Shown here piece by piece: positions 30,833 to 39,093 of a DNA stretch of 64,000 bases (position 1 is the first letter of the stretch; each line of letters opens with the position of its first letter). Under the pieces are notes generated by a model. That model was not told the origin of the DNA. It worked only from the letters and a program-made list of their open reading frames with translations, and ran no database searches. The translations under genes were made by a program, and so were the position numbers. The stretch comes from an uncultured Gemmatimonadaceae bacterium (GTDB lineage: Bacteria; Gemmatimonadota; Gemmatimonadetes; Gemmatimonadales; Gemmatimonadaceae): contig CAVXGK010000002.1 of the NCBI GenBank assembly GCA_963761305.1, forward strand, positions 1,600,001 to 1,664,000, given 5' to 3'.

Positions 30833-31576
30833 TCAACTCGCGGCTTGCGCCGGGACCCCGCCGAAGCGCCGCTCCCGTCCCGCGAATTCGCGCAGCGCGT
30901 GGAGCAATTCCGCCTCGTTGAATTCGGGCCACATGTGGTCGGTGAAATACAGCTCCGCGTAGGCGCACTCCCAGAGCATGAAATCGCTCAGACGCTGCTC
31001 GCCGCCGGTGCGGATGAGGAGGTCGATGTCGCCCGTCTGGAACGTGTCGTGATTCACCTCGGCCAGGAGGCGATCGAACGAAGCTGCATCGAGAGACGCG
31101 CCGTTGGCGCGCGCCGCGGCGCGCAGGATCGACTCTCGCGCGGAATAGTCGACCGCCACTCGCAGATGCAGATTGGGACCGGCCGCCGTCGCCAGCTCCG
31201 CGTCGCGGATCGCCGCCACCAACGCCGCCGGCAGACGATCCCGCCGGCCGACGACCGAGAGGCGAACACCGTTGTCGATGCAACGCCTCGACTCGATGGC
31301 GAGCGAGCGTCGCAGCAACCGCATGAGCGTCGAGACCTCGGCGGACGGCCGCCGCCAGTTGTCCGACGAGAACGCGTAGAGCGTCAGCGTTCCGACGCCG
31401 GCACGGGCGGCAGCTTCGACGATGTCGCGCGCCACGCGGACGCCGGCCCGGTGTCCGGCCGTGCGAGGCATGCCACGAGCGCCGGCCCACCGGCCGTTGC
31501 CGTCCATGATGATGCCGACGTGAATCCCCCTGCACTCGTCGGGGAGCCCCGTGGGAGCCGTGGTCGATCGCTTCAT
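30833..31576 (-). CDS. uppS: cis-prenyltransferase (undecaprenyl diphosphate synthase family, probable paralog)
   Basis: HVGIIMDGNGRWA, GHRAG, YAFSSDNW.RP, DLLIRTGGEQRLSDF.LW..AYAELYF, RERRFGG. Confidence 0.9.
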   Translation of the reverse strand: MKRSTTAPTGLPDECRGIHVGIIMDGNGRWAGARGMPRTAGHRAGVRVARDIVEAAARAGVGTLTLYAFSSDNWRRPSAEVSTLMRLLRRSLAIESRRCIDNGVRLSVVGRRDRLPAALVAAIRDAELATAAGPNLHLRVAVDYSARESILRAAARANGASLDAASFDRLLAEVNHDTFQTGDIDLLIRTGGEQRLSDFMLWECAYAELYFTDHMWPEFNEAELLHALREFAGRERRFGGVPAQAAS

Positions 31577-31609
31577 GTCTAGAGGGAGACGATTGAAAGT
31601 CTCGGACGT

Positions 31610-31999
31610 TTACCGGTCGCGCGTGAGCCTGATTAAGGCTTCCATGTGGTCCAGGTAGCGCTCGAGCGCCTTACGGCCAACCGGCGTGATCGCGTAGCGC
31701 GTCCGCGGAACCCGGCCCTCGAACGACTTGGTGCACGTGATGTAGTTGGCTTCCTCGAGCTTGCGCGCGTGGACGCTCAGATTCCCATCGGTTGTCCGAT
31801 TGAGCTTCTTGAGGTCATTGAACGTGAGGCTCTCGTTCACGGCGAGCGCGCTCACGATCCCGAGGCGCAGACGCTCGTGGATCAATCGGTCCAGCGCCAA
31901 CGGCCCTTGATCGGTCGCTTTGCCGCGGACCGGCGCCAACTGCGGCTTTTTTTCCGCCGGCTCTGCACGACTAGTGCCCTTCCGCTGCGCCTTAGCCAC
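31610..31999 (-). CDS. Winged-helix transcriptional regulator (HTH_34/ArsR-like)
   Basis: LDRLIHERLRLGIVSALA...LTFNDLK...TTDGNLSVHARKLEEA.YI...K.F.GR.PRT.Y..T..GR; GTG start after a GGAGG RBS. Confidence 0.9.
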   Translation of the reverse strand: MAKAQRKGTSRAEPAEKKPQLAPVRGKATDQGPLALDRLIHERLRLGIVSALAVNESLTFNDLKKLNRTTDGNLSVHARKLEEANYITCTKSFEGRVPRTRYAITPVGRKALERYLDHMEALIRLTRDR

Positions 32000-32606
32000 C
32001 GTGCCTCCGTGCGATCCAGGCGCCGAATCCGATGTGGAGTCCACCGAACGACGCGATCATGAGCGGTGTGGCCCACGAATCGGGAGCGACGAGCGCGGTG
32101 GCGCCGCACGCCATGAACGCCACGCCCATGACAGGAACGCTGCTCACCGAATACGTGCCGGCGCTCACCACGGCCGCGCCGTAGAGCAGCATCCAGGTGC
32201 CGGGGAGAAGCGCGTAGTGTCCCTGGCGCACGAACACCGCCGTCAACACCGCACCGGCGAACATCGCCGGAGAAAAGCTCAGTATGAGCTTTCTCAATGG
32301 CCCCGAGATCAGCGGCACGTTGGCCGCATGCGACTTGAGCGTCATCGACGCCACCGAGAGGCCGGCGGCGATCCCCGCCTCGGCGACCCACGTCGCCACG
32401 CGCGCCCACGGGAGCGACTGGCGCGCCGCAACGAGCGCCGCGACGATGGCCGTGATCCCGATGACGATCTGACCCCAACCGGAGACCGCGGTGAAGGTCG
32501 CGGCCCGCTCCATCATGCCGCGGATGTAGCTGAGGTTGTCCATCGCCCGCGCCTGCATCTCGGGCGGTTCTGGGCGACTCGGCCGAATCGGCGTCACACG
32601 CGTCAT
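31992..32606 (-). CDS. Conserved ~6-TM membrane protein
   Basis: A.DNL.YIR.MMERA..FTAVSGWG, WMLLYG, FGGLHI.FG motifs; stop overlaps the regulator start. Confidence 0.85.
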   Translation of the reverse strand: MTRVTPIRPSRPEPPEMQARAMDNLSYIRGMMERAATFTAVSGWGQIVIGITAIVAALVAARQSLPWARVATWVAEAGIAAGLSVASMTLKSHAANVPLISGPLRKLILSFSPAMFAGAVLTAVFVRQGHYALLPGTWMLLYGAAVVSAGTYSVSSVPVMGVAFMACGATALVAPDSWATPLMIASFGGLHIGFGAWIARRHGG

Positions 32607-32612
32607 GCATCT

Positions 32613-32641
32613 AGGATAACGACGCCCGGGAACGCTGGCAA
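32613..32641 (-). promoter_or_regulatory. Sigma-70 promoter of a leaderless operon
   Basis: Minus strand TTGCCA-17-TATCCT, then 6 nt, then ATG 32606. Confidence 0.7.
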
Positions 32642-32662
32642 GTACTTTGTGACGCAAAGCAC
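32642..32662. promoter_or_regulatory. Palindromic operator candidate
   Basis: GTACTTTG-TGACG-CAAAGCAC (7/8 inverted repeat), AT-rich, abutting the -35. Confidence 0.6.
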
Positions 32663-32718
32663 CGTGCCATTTATGGCACTCTTTGGTCAGGCGGCTAGAC
32701 GGCTCGCAGGGCCGTTAG

Positions 32719-32745
32719 CGTCCACCCGTCACCCGTCCACCCGTC
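32719..32745. repeat. Octamer tandem repeat (CGTCCACC units)
   Basis: CGTCCACC CGTCACC CGTCCACC CGTC, directly after the stop of the minus-strand small gene. Confidence 0.65.
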
Positions 32746-32967
32746 CTACGGCTGCTGCGGCGGGTCGCTGGCCGGAAAACTCTCGTCCGACGCCTCGTCG
32801 ATTCGCTCGTCGTCGCTGGTCGGACGCCCCGGATCGCGCTTCTCGGGCTCGTCCGGGCGTTTGTCGGTGTGCCGGCGATTCCGCGGCGGGTCCTCGCGCT
32901 CGACGTCACGGTCGGCGCGACTCCGGTCGCCATCGCCCGCGTCGGGTTCATCCATGAAACCAGTCAT
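32746..32967 (-). CDS. Small acidic hypothetical protein with DEASDESFPASDPP motif
   Basis: GAGGAG RBS; the C-terminal ESFPASDPP motif recurs in small bacterial proteins. Confidence 0.75.
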   Translation of the reverse strand: MTGFMDEPDAGDGDRSRADRDVEREDPPRNRRHTDKRPDEPEKRDPGRPTSDDERIDEASDESFPASDPPQQP

Positions 32968-33007
32968 TGGCATCTCCTCTGACGGCAATGTTCGTCACGA
33001 AGCGTGC

Positions 33008-34153
33008 CTATCGACGGTCGACGTTGTACTTCGCCAGCACCTCGCGCACGCGGTCGAGCGGGATCGCCTGAACCGTGTGCCCGTTTCCGGTCGTCGTCGT
33101 CGCCTCGAACAGCGAGTTGTAGATCGCCTCTTCCGTCGCCTCCACGGCGGCCTCGAACAAGCCCGACATCTGGTCGTTCGACAACTCCTCCGTCGTGAGA
33201 CGCGTCACGGTGGCGGCGCGGCGCACCTTCTCGTTCGTCGAGAACGCCAGTGCGTAGTCGCCCGAGCCGTTCGATGCCGACGAGCCCGTTCGCGCCAGGC
33301 CCATGATCGCGCGCGCGGCCAGTCGCTCGAGGTTGCGATCGGACAGCGGCGCGTCGGTCGCGATCACCATCACGCACGACCCGTCGCCGCGCTCGCCCGG
33401 CGACTGCGCGTCTCGCTGAAACGCGTACTGCCCAAGCTCCTTCCCCACCGGCGCGCCCAGCACCTGCAATACGCCGCCGAAGTTCGTCTGCACGAGCACG
33501 CCGAGCGTCCACCCGCCAAGCGTCGGTGGGAGGACGCGCGACGACGTGCCGATGCCACCCTTCCAACCGAACGCCACCGTTCCAGTGCCCGCGCCCACAC
33601 TGCCCTCTGCTACCGGACCGTCGGTGGCCGACGTGAGCGCCGCGCGCACCTGCTCCGCCGTGATCGGCCGCGCGCGAATGTCGTTCAGCGTGCCGTCATT
33701 CGTTTCGGCGACGACCGGATTGATCGAGCGAACGTTGTTCATGCCGGGCTGGCCGAGCATCCAATCGACCATCGCGTCGGCGGCCTTCCACACGCAGAGC
33801 GTGCAGGTGAGCAGCAGCGGAGTCTCGAGCTCGCCCAGCTCGTGCAACTGCGTCGCGCCGGTGATCTTGCCGAATCCGTTGCCGACGTGCAGCGCCGCGG
33901 GCACGCGATCCGTGAACAGGTTGCCGCCGTGCGGGAGGATCGCCGTGATGCCCGTGCGGACGTTATCGCCTTGAACGACGGTTGTCTGTCCGACGCGAAC
34001 ACCCGCGACGTCGGTAATGGCGTTCAATCGACCCGGCGCGAAAATGCCGGGTTTGACGCCGAGGTCGCGCGCCCGTGCGCGCTGCGCGGGCACCTGCGTG
34101 GTCAGTGCGGTCATCGCGAGGACCGTCGAGAGCGAAATCGAGTGGTTGCGCAT
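33008..34153 (-). CDS. DmpA/P1 family (L/D-)aminopeptidase
   Basis: NAITDVAGVRVG, TGITAILP, GNGFGKITG, ETNDG.LND, EGSVGAGTG, KGGIGTSSR, autocleavage site GDG/S, NGSGD. Confidence 0.92.
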   Translation of the reverse strand: MRNHSISLSTVLAMTALTTQVPAQRARARDLGVKPGIFAPGRLNAITDVAGVRVGQTTVVQGDNVRTGITAILPHGGNLFTDRVPAALHVGNGFGKITGATQLHELGELETPLLLTCTLCVWKAADAMVDWMLGQPGMNNVRSINPVVAETNDGTLNDIRARPITAEQVRAALTSATDGPVAEGSVGAGTGTVAFGWKGGIGTSSRVLPPTLGGWTLGVLVQTNFGGVLQVLGAPVGKELGQYAFQRDAQSPGERGDGSCVMVIATDAPLSDRNLERLAARAIMGLARTGSSASNGSGDYALAFSTNEKVRRAATVTRLTTEELSNDQMSGLFEAAVEATEEAIYNSLFEATTTTGNGHTVQAIPLDRVREVLAKYNVDRR

Positions 34154-34225
34154 TTGAGTCGTGAATCGACGCCTCACCGTATCCCGACGATCTCACGCGG
34201 GCAACCCCGACCGTGCGCTTCGACG

Positions 34226-34254
34226 TTGAGACGCCGGCGATCGCGTCCTATCTT
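34226..34254 (+). promoter_or_regulatory. Sigma-70 promoter, leaderless holB
   Basis: TTGAGA-17-TATCTT, 7 nt before GTG 34262. Confidence 0.6.
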
Positions 34255-34261
34255 GCCTCGG

Positions 34262-35383
34262 GTGCCGCCTCGTCATCTGCTCCCGTTGCACGGCCATTCG
34301 GCGCTTCGCGCCCGGCTCGCCGCGGCCGCCTCCCGCGGCGACCTGCCGTCATCGCTCTTGATCGAGGGTCCGAGAGGGATCGGCAAGCAGCAGCTCGCGC
34401 TCTGGCTGGGTCAGTTGCTCCTCTGTGAAGACCCGCAGAACGATTTCCTCGTTCGGACCGGCGGACCCTCGGACATCCGGCCTGCCCAGACGAAGCTCTG
34501 CCCTCAGTGCAAGCTGACGCAGTCCCTGTTGCATCCGGACTTGCATTGGTTCTTTCCTCGGCCGCGCCTCAAGGGCAGCTCCGATCCGGACCTCGACACG
34601 GTTCGCGAAGACAATGCGGATGGTATCGCCGAGCGGCTGGCCAACGGGGGGCTGTACGAGTCTCCCGGCGGCGACGAGGGAATTTTCATCGCCATGATTC
34701 GGGCGATCGTGCAGACCGCGACGCGTGCGCCGGCGATGGCGCGGCGGAAGGTCTTCGTCATCGGCGACGCGGAGCGGATGGTATCGCAGGAAGGCTCTGA
34801 CCAGGCAGCCAACGCGTTTCTCAAATTGCTCGAGGAGCCGCTTGCCGACACGACAGTCATTCTCACGTCGAGCGAACCGGGCGCGCTTTTGCCGACCGTT
34901 CGCTCGCGCGTGATCTCCGTGCGAGCCACGCCACTCGGCGAGGCGGAGATGACCGCGTTCGTCGCCGACCCGAAGATCGCCCCGTTGCTCGATCTACCGT
35001 CGTCGCCGGCGGAGCTCATCAGGGCGGTCGGCGGCGCGCCCGGTCGTCTGGCCGAGCGTGAAGCGTGGACCAAAGCTCTCGAACAGGCGACGCACTTCCT
35101 CGACGCGGCGTCGGCTCTGGACCGGGGGCGCCGCGCGCGCGTCGCGCTGAGCCAGGGCGGCAGCGGCGCGCGTGGCAAGTTCAGCGACACGCTCGATGCG
35201 CTGACGTCGCTGCTGCACGACCGCGCGCAGTCGGCCGCCGCGCGAGGTGAAGAGACGCGCGCACGCGGGGCGGCCCACGCGATCGCCGTCGTCGAGCGCA
35301 CCAAGGAGTTGGCGACCGGGAACGTGAATCCCCAGCTGCTGACCGCGGCGCTGATCCGCGATCTCACCCCTCTCGTGAAATGA
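34262..35383 (+). CDS. holB: DNA polymerase III delta-prime subunit
   Basis: GPRGIGK, HPDLHW, KVFVI.DAERM, AANAFLKLLEEP, LLPTVRSR. Confidence 0.88.
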   Translation: MPPRHLLPLHGHSALRARLAAAASRGDLPSSLLIEGPRGIGKQQLALWLGQLLLCEDPQNDFLVRTGGPSDIRPAQTKLCPQCKLTQSLLHPDLHWFFPRPRLKGSSDPDLDTVREDNADGIAERLANGGLYESPGGDEGIFIAMIRAIVQTATRAPAMARRKVFVIGDAERMVSQEGSDQAANAFLKLLEEPLADTTVILTSSEPGALLPTVRSRVISVRATPLGEAEMTAFVADPKIAPLLDLPSSPAELIRAVGGAPGRLAEREAWTKALEQATHFLDAASALDRGRRARVALSQGGSGARGKFSDTLDALTSLLHDRAQSAAARGEETRARGAAHAIAVVERTKELATGNVNPQLLTAALIRDLTPLVK

Positions 35384-35880
35384 GCGACAAACTCACCCAC
35401 GTCGACGAGTCGGGCGCGGCTCGCATGGTGGACGTTTCGGGCAAACCGGAGACGCACCGCCGCGCGCGCGCGACGGGCGCAATCCGCATGCGCCCTGAGA
35501 CGCTGCGCGCGATCGTGAACGCGGAGGTGAAGAAGGGCGACGTGCTGGGGGTCGCGCGCGTGGCGGGGGTGATGGCCGCCAAGCGCACCGCAGAACTGAT
35601 TCCGCTCTGCCACCCGCTGGCGCTGGACGACGTCCAGGTGACGCTGACACCCGATGAATCGCTGCCTGGAATTCGCGCCGAGGCGTCGGTGGCGACGACG
35701 GGTCGTACGGGGGCGGAAATGGAGGCCCTTACGTCGGTCGCGGTCGCACTCTTAACCGTGTATGACATGGCCAAAGGGCTCGACCACGGCATGGAACTTT
35801 CCGATATATCGTTGGCCTCGAAGTCAGGTGGAGCGCACGGCGATTACGCAAGACTGGATGGCACGGGCTCTGCCGCCTAA
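35380..35880 (+). CDS. moaC: Cyclic pyranopterin monophosphate synthase
   Basis: LTHVD..G.ARMVDVSGK, KKGDVL, AAKRT.ELIPLCH, TG.EMEALT, YDM.K, KSGG. Confidence 0.96.
   Translation: MSDKLTHVDESGAARMVDVSGKPETHRRARATGAIRMRPETLRAIVNAEVKKGDVLGVARVAGVMAAKRTAELIPLCHPLALDDVQVTLTPDESLPGIRAEASVATTGRTGAEMEALTSVAVALLTVYDMAKGLDHGMELSDISLASKSGGAHGDYARLDGTGSAA
35859..35873 (+). promoter_or_regulatory. Sigma-54 promoter inside the moaC 3' end
   Basis: TGGCAC-GGGCT-CTGC, close to the TGGCAC-N5-TTGC consensus, 71 nt before ATG 35945. Confidence 0.55.
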
Positions 35881-35944
35881 TGTGCGGTCAGCGGTAAAGC
35901 CGTACCGGCTGTTTTGTAGTTAACCACTTGCCTTCCAAACACTT

Positions 35945-36649
35945 ATGCGCAACCTACGTGGGACGTACGTCCACCGGGGTGACGCGTTGCGGCGGCGGAG
36001 ACGCATTCAGCGGACTGCGTTTCTTGCTGGTTCCGTGGCTGTGACCCTCGTGGTCTTAGCCGCCCATCGCACCACCACGGCGAACGCCGAACCTGCGGTG
36101 ACCGAGAGCCGAGCGTCGATGTTCTCGCTCGGGGACTCCCGGAAGCTGCGCGCGGAGCTTGCTACGACCCAGGGCGAACTGACGATCGTTCGCGGCCAGA
36201 TCGAGCGGGCGAACAAAGTGATCGGCTATTCGAACGAGTACGGGATTCCCGCCGGCTTGGCCGGTAAGGTCTTCGATGCCTCGATCCGCGAGAGCATCGA
36301 CCCGGAGCTCGCCTTTCGGCTGGTTCGCCTCGAGAGCGAGTTCAATCCGCGCGCAGTCAGCAAGACCGGCGCGATCGGTCTGACGCAGCTCATGCCCAGC
36401 ACCGCGACGATGTTCGACAAGGCGGCGACGCGCGACAAGCTGTTCCTCGCCGACGTGAACCTGAAGATCGGCATGCACTACCTCCGCACGCTGCTCGACA
36501 TGTACAAGGGCGACGTGCGCCTGGCGCTGCTGGCCTACAACCGCGGCGAGGATGCGGTCTGGCGCGACGTCCGCGCCGGTGTGAACCCCGGCAACGGCTA
36601 CGACCGAATGGTGATCGGGGACTACAAGGGGAAGGGGCTCATTCAGTAA
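35945..36649 (+). CDS. Lytic transglycosylase (SLT domain) protein
   Basis: N-terminal TM helix; LESEFNP.AVS..GAIGLTQLMP, ALLAYNRG. Confidence 0.9.
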   Translation: MRNLRGTYVHRGDALRRRRRIQRTAFLAGSVAVTLVVLAAHRTTTANAEPAVTESRASMFSLGDSRKLRAELATTQGELTIVRGQIERANKVIGYSNEYGIPAGLAGKVFDASIRESIDPELAFRLVRLESEFNPRAVSKTGAIGLTQLMPSTATMFDKAATRDKLFLADVNLKIGMHYLRTLLDMYKGDVRLALLAYNRGEDAVWRDVRAGVNPGNGYDRMVIGDYKGKGLIQ

Positions 36650-36650
36650 G

Positions 36651-36862
36651 ACGGGTGGACGGGTGGACCGGTGGACCGGTCGACCGGCAAAACGGGAACG
36701 AACAACGGGTGGACAGCGCGGCTTTGGCTGTCCACCCGTTTCTTGTCTCTCGCGTCCCGTCTGCGATGTCCCGTCGTTTACCGGTCTACCGGTCCACCGG
36801 TCCACCGGTCCACCGGTCCACCGGTCCACCGCTCCACCGCTCCACCGCTCCACCGCTCCACC
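36651..36862. repeat. Inverted pair of octamer tandem arrays around a 14-bp hairpin
   Basis: Left arm ~4 x GGT(G/C)GAC(C/G) (36654-36685). Central stem AACGGGTGGACAGC/GCTGTCCACCCGTT (36704-36740). Right arm 10 units: GGTCTACC, 5 x GGTCCACC, 4 x GCTCCACC (36783-36862). Confidence 0.9.
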
Positions 36863-36865
36863 CAC

Positions 36866-38389
36866 CTACTTCTGCTTCGCCCTCGCCTTGCTCCCCACGA
36901 CGATCGACTGGCCCGGAAACAGGATCGCGCGCTTGAGACCATTCGCCTTCATCAGCGCGGCGGTCGACGTGTGGTACTTCTTGGCGATCGAGCCGAGCGT
37001 CTCCCCTGCTTTCACGACGTGGAGCACGCGCGTTCTCGACGACGAGTAACGCTCGATGGACGGATCCGGCGCGTTGGTCGCCGCGGAGACGACTGCAGCG
37101 GTCGGGACGAGCACCGTCTGTCCAGGCACGAGGTTGCCGCTCTTCAGGCGCTTGAGGCTCGGGTTGAAGATCGCGAGCTGGCGGGCCGTGAGGCCGTTCT
37201 TCTGCGCGATCGACGACACGCTCTGATTCTTCTTCGATTCCGTCGCCTTGAACGCGCTGCGCATGCCGCTCGGAAGCGCCGCGAACGCGGACGGGAAGCT
37301 GTCCGCGGTGCCCGTCGGAATGCGCACCTGGAACGAGTCCTTGGGCGGCGTCATGCCGCGCAGGATCTGCGGATTCAAGTCCTGCAGCGTCCCAACGCTC
37401 ACGCAAGCCGCGGCGGCGATCGCCGCGAGTGGCGTCGCCGGCCCCACGTGAACCGAGTCGTAGGCGAACGCCGGCTGCGGGCGGATCGTCAGGCCGTAGC
37501 GCTCCGGCTCCTTCCCGATCAGCGCCGCCGCGATCAACTGCGGCACGTACTCGCGCGTCTCGGCGCGCAGATAGTTCTTGTCGGCCAGCGCGAAGAACAG
37601 GTCGTCGCCCGTCGTGCCCTCGAAATCGTCGGCATAGCGGGAGAGGCCACGCGCGATGCGACCCGGGCCACCGTCGTACGCGGCCGCCGCGAGATAGAGC
37701 GACCCGAACTGCTCTTTGAGATCTCTGATGAATCGCACCGCGGCGGTCGTCGAACGGACCGGATCGCGCCGCTCGTCGACCCACCAGTCGACGCGCATGC
37801 CCATGTCGCGGGCCGTGGTCGTCATGAACTGCCACATCCCGACGGCGGCGGCCTTCGAGTACGCGTTCGGATCCCAGCCGCTCTCGACGAGGCCGAGGTA
37901 GTACATGTCTTCGGGCAGGCCGCCTTCGCGCATCTTGGCGCGAATCATCGGCTCGTAGCGCGTGCCGCGTTCCAGCTCCACCCGTATGTGGTCTTTCGCC
38001 GAGCCGGAGAACAGCCGGACGTAGCGGCCGACCCGCGTCGTCGCTTCGTAGGCGTGAACCTCGATGTCCCACGCAGGCTCGGTGGCCGAGTCTGCGGCCG
38101 CGACCGGACGCGCCGCGGAATCGCCAAAGAGCCCGGTGACGCCGCGATCGACGTCGGTCTTGGTCACCGGGACGGAATCGGCGGCCGAATCGAGCCGTGC
38201 GGTCCGCGCCTTGGGCGCCGTATCGGCCGCGGAGCGCGCCGGCGACGACACGACTTCCCCGGTCGAGATCACCGCCTGATGCGGAGCCGGGCTCGGCGCG
38301 GGCGACACGCCGCCGCCGTCGCGGCGACCAGCGCAGGCCACAGCCGAGACCAGTGCTCCAACGACGAAGATCGCTCTACGCAGGTTCAT
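36866..38389 (-). CDS. Membrane-bound lytic transglycosylase D-like lipoprotein with LysM domains
   Basis: Lipobox VAC; LVESGW.P.AYS.AAAVGMWQFM, DERRDP, AAYDGG.G, ETREYVP; C-terminal LysM (HVVKAGETLGSIAKKY). Confidence 0.92.
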   Translation of the reverse strand: MNLRRAIFVVGALVSAVACAGRRDGGGVSPAPSPAPHQAVISTGEVVSSPARSAADTAPKARTARLDSAADSVPVTKTDVDRGVTGLFGDSAARPVAAADSATEPAWDIEVHAYEATTRVGRYVRLFSGSAKDHIRVELERGTRYEPMIRAKMREGGLPEDMYYLGLVESGWDPNAYSKAAAVGMWQFMTTTARDMGMRVDWWVDERRDPVRSTTAAVRFIRDLKEQFGSLYLAAAAYDGGPGRIARGLSRYADDFEGTTGDDLFFALADKNYLRAETREYVPQLIAAALIGKEPERYGLTIRPQPAFAYDSVHVGPATPLAAIAAAACVSVGTLQDLNPQILRGMTPPKDSFQVRIPTGTADSFPSAFAALPSGMRSAFKATESKKNQSVSSIAQKNGLTARQLAIFNPSLKRLKSGNLVPGQTVLVPTAAVVSAATNAPDPSIERYSSSRTRVLHVVKAGETLGSIAKKYHTSTAALMKANGLKRAILFPGQSIVVGSKARAKQK

Positions 38390-38525
38390 CAAGTCGATCC
38401 GACTCCGTTGTATTGCCGCATGACCCCGCCGCCTCAAACACAATCGCCGCGCGAGGCGGCGAGGTGAACGGCCAAGATTACTCGAATGCGGGCCCGGCAC
38501 CCAGCCCGCGATGGCGATTTGTTCG

Positions 38526-38975
38526 CTACTGTGACGTGATGAAGTTCCCCAGAATGCGATTCGTCGCGTTCAACACGGCGAGGGCCGCGCCACGCCGCGT
38601 GTCGGCGTCGACCAGACAACAGCCGACGAGCCGCGTGAGCTTGCCATCCTGGCGCATCGCAATGGACACGATGATCAGGTTCTCGTCGAACGCCCTCATT
38701 TGTTTGATGCCGAGAAGCTCGAATTGGATCGCGCCCTTGGCGAACGTCATGAGGGCGTTGAGCGCGGCCTCGGCCGCCACGCGGAAATCGCCCAACGGGC
38801 TGGACTGACCCAAAGCCCGACCGACGAACGTCTCGCCGTCCCACTCAAGCGAGACCTCGGAGTTGCATTGGCCGGACGGCGTGCGCGTGAAGCTGAACTG
38901 CGCGAACCGGAGACGTTCGCGACGCAGGCCGAGGGAGAAGGTCGTGTTGTCTTGTTCGGGGTGCTCTTGATCCAT
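38526..38975 (-). CDS. Conserved hypothetical protein
   Basis: 149-aa ORF with good codon bias that fills the gap; ends RGAALAVLNATNRILGN. Confidence 0.7.
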   Translation of the reverse strand: MDQEHPEQDNTTFSLGLRRERLRFAQFSFTRTPSGQCNSEVSLEWDGETFVGRALGQSSPLGDFRVAAEAALNALMTFAKGAIQFELLGIKQMRAFDENLIIVSIAMRQDGKLTRLVGCCLVDADTRRGAALAVLNATNRILGNFITSQ

Positions 38976-39093
38976 GCGATTGCGACGAATGGGCTACGCG
39001 AGCAGCTTGACCAAGGAGCGACCTCGCTCCTCTGTTAAACGAGTGGTTGATCCGCCAGGCAACACTGACTTGTAACTCGAATCACGAACCCCG

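Noticed and set aside
32861..34261. Apparent 467-aa N-terminal extension of HolB
   Set aside because: It is antisense to the DmpA peptidase. A sigma-70 promoter and GTG at 34262 explain the real start.
36651..36862. Octamer arrays as CRISPR, iterons, Chi sites or a coding repeat (GPVDRWT ORFs)
   Set aside because: There are no spacers and no rep or dnaA context, the unit differs from E. coli Chi GCTGGTGG, and an 8-bp period is not codon-compatible.
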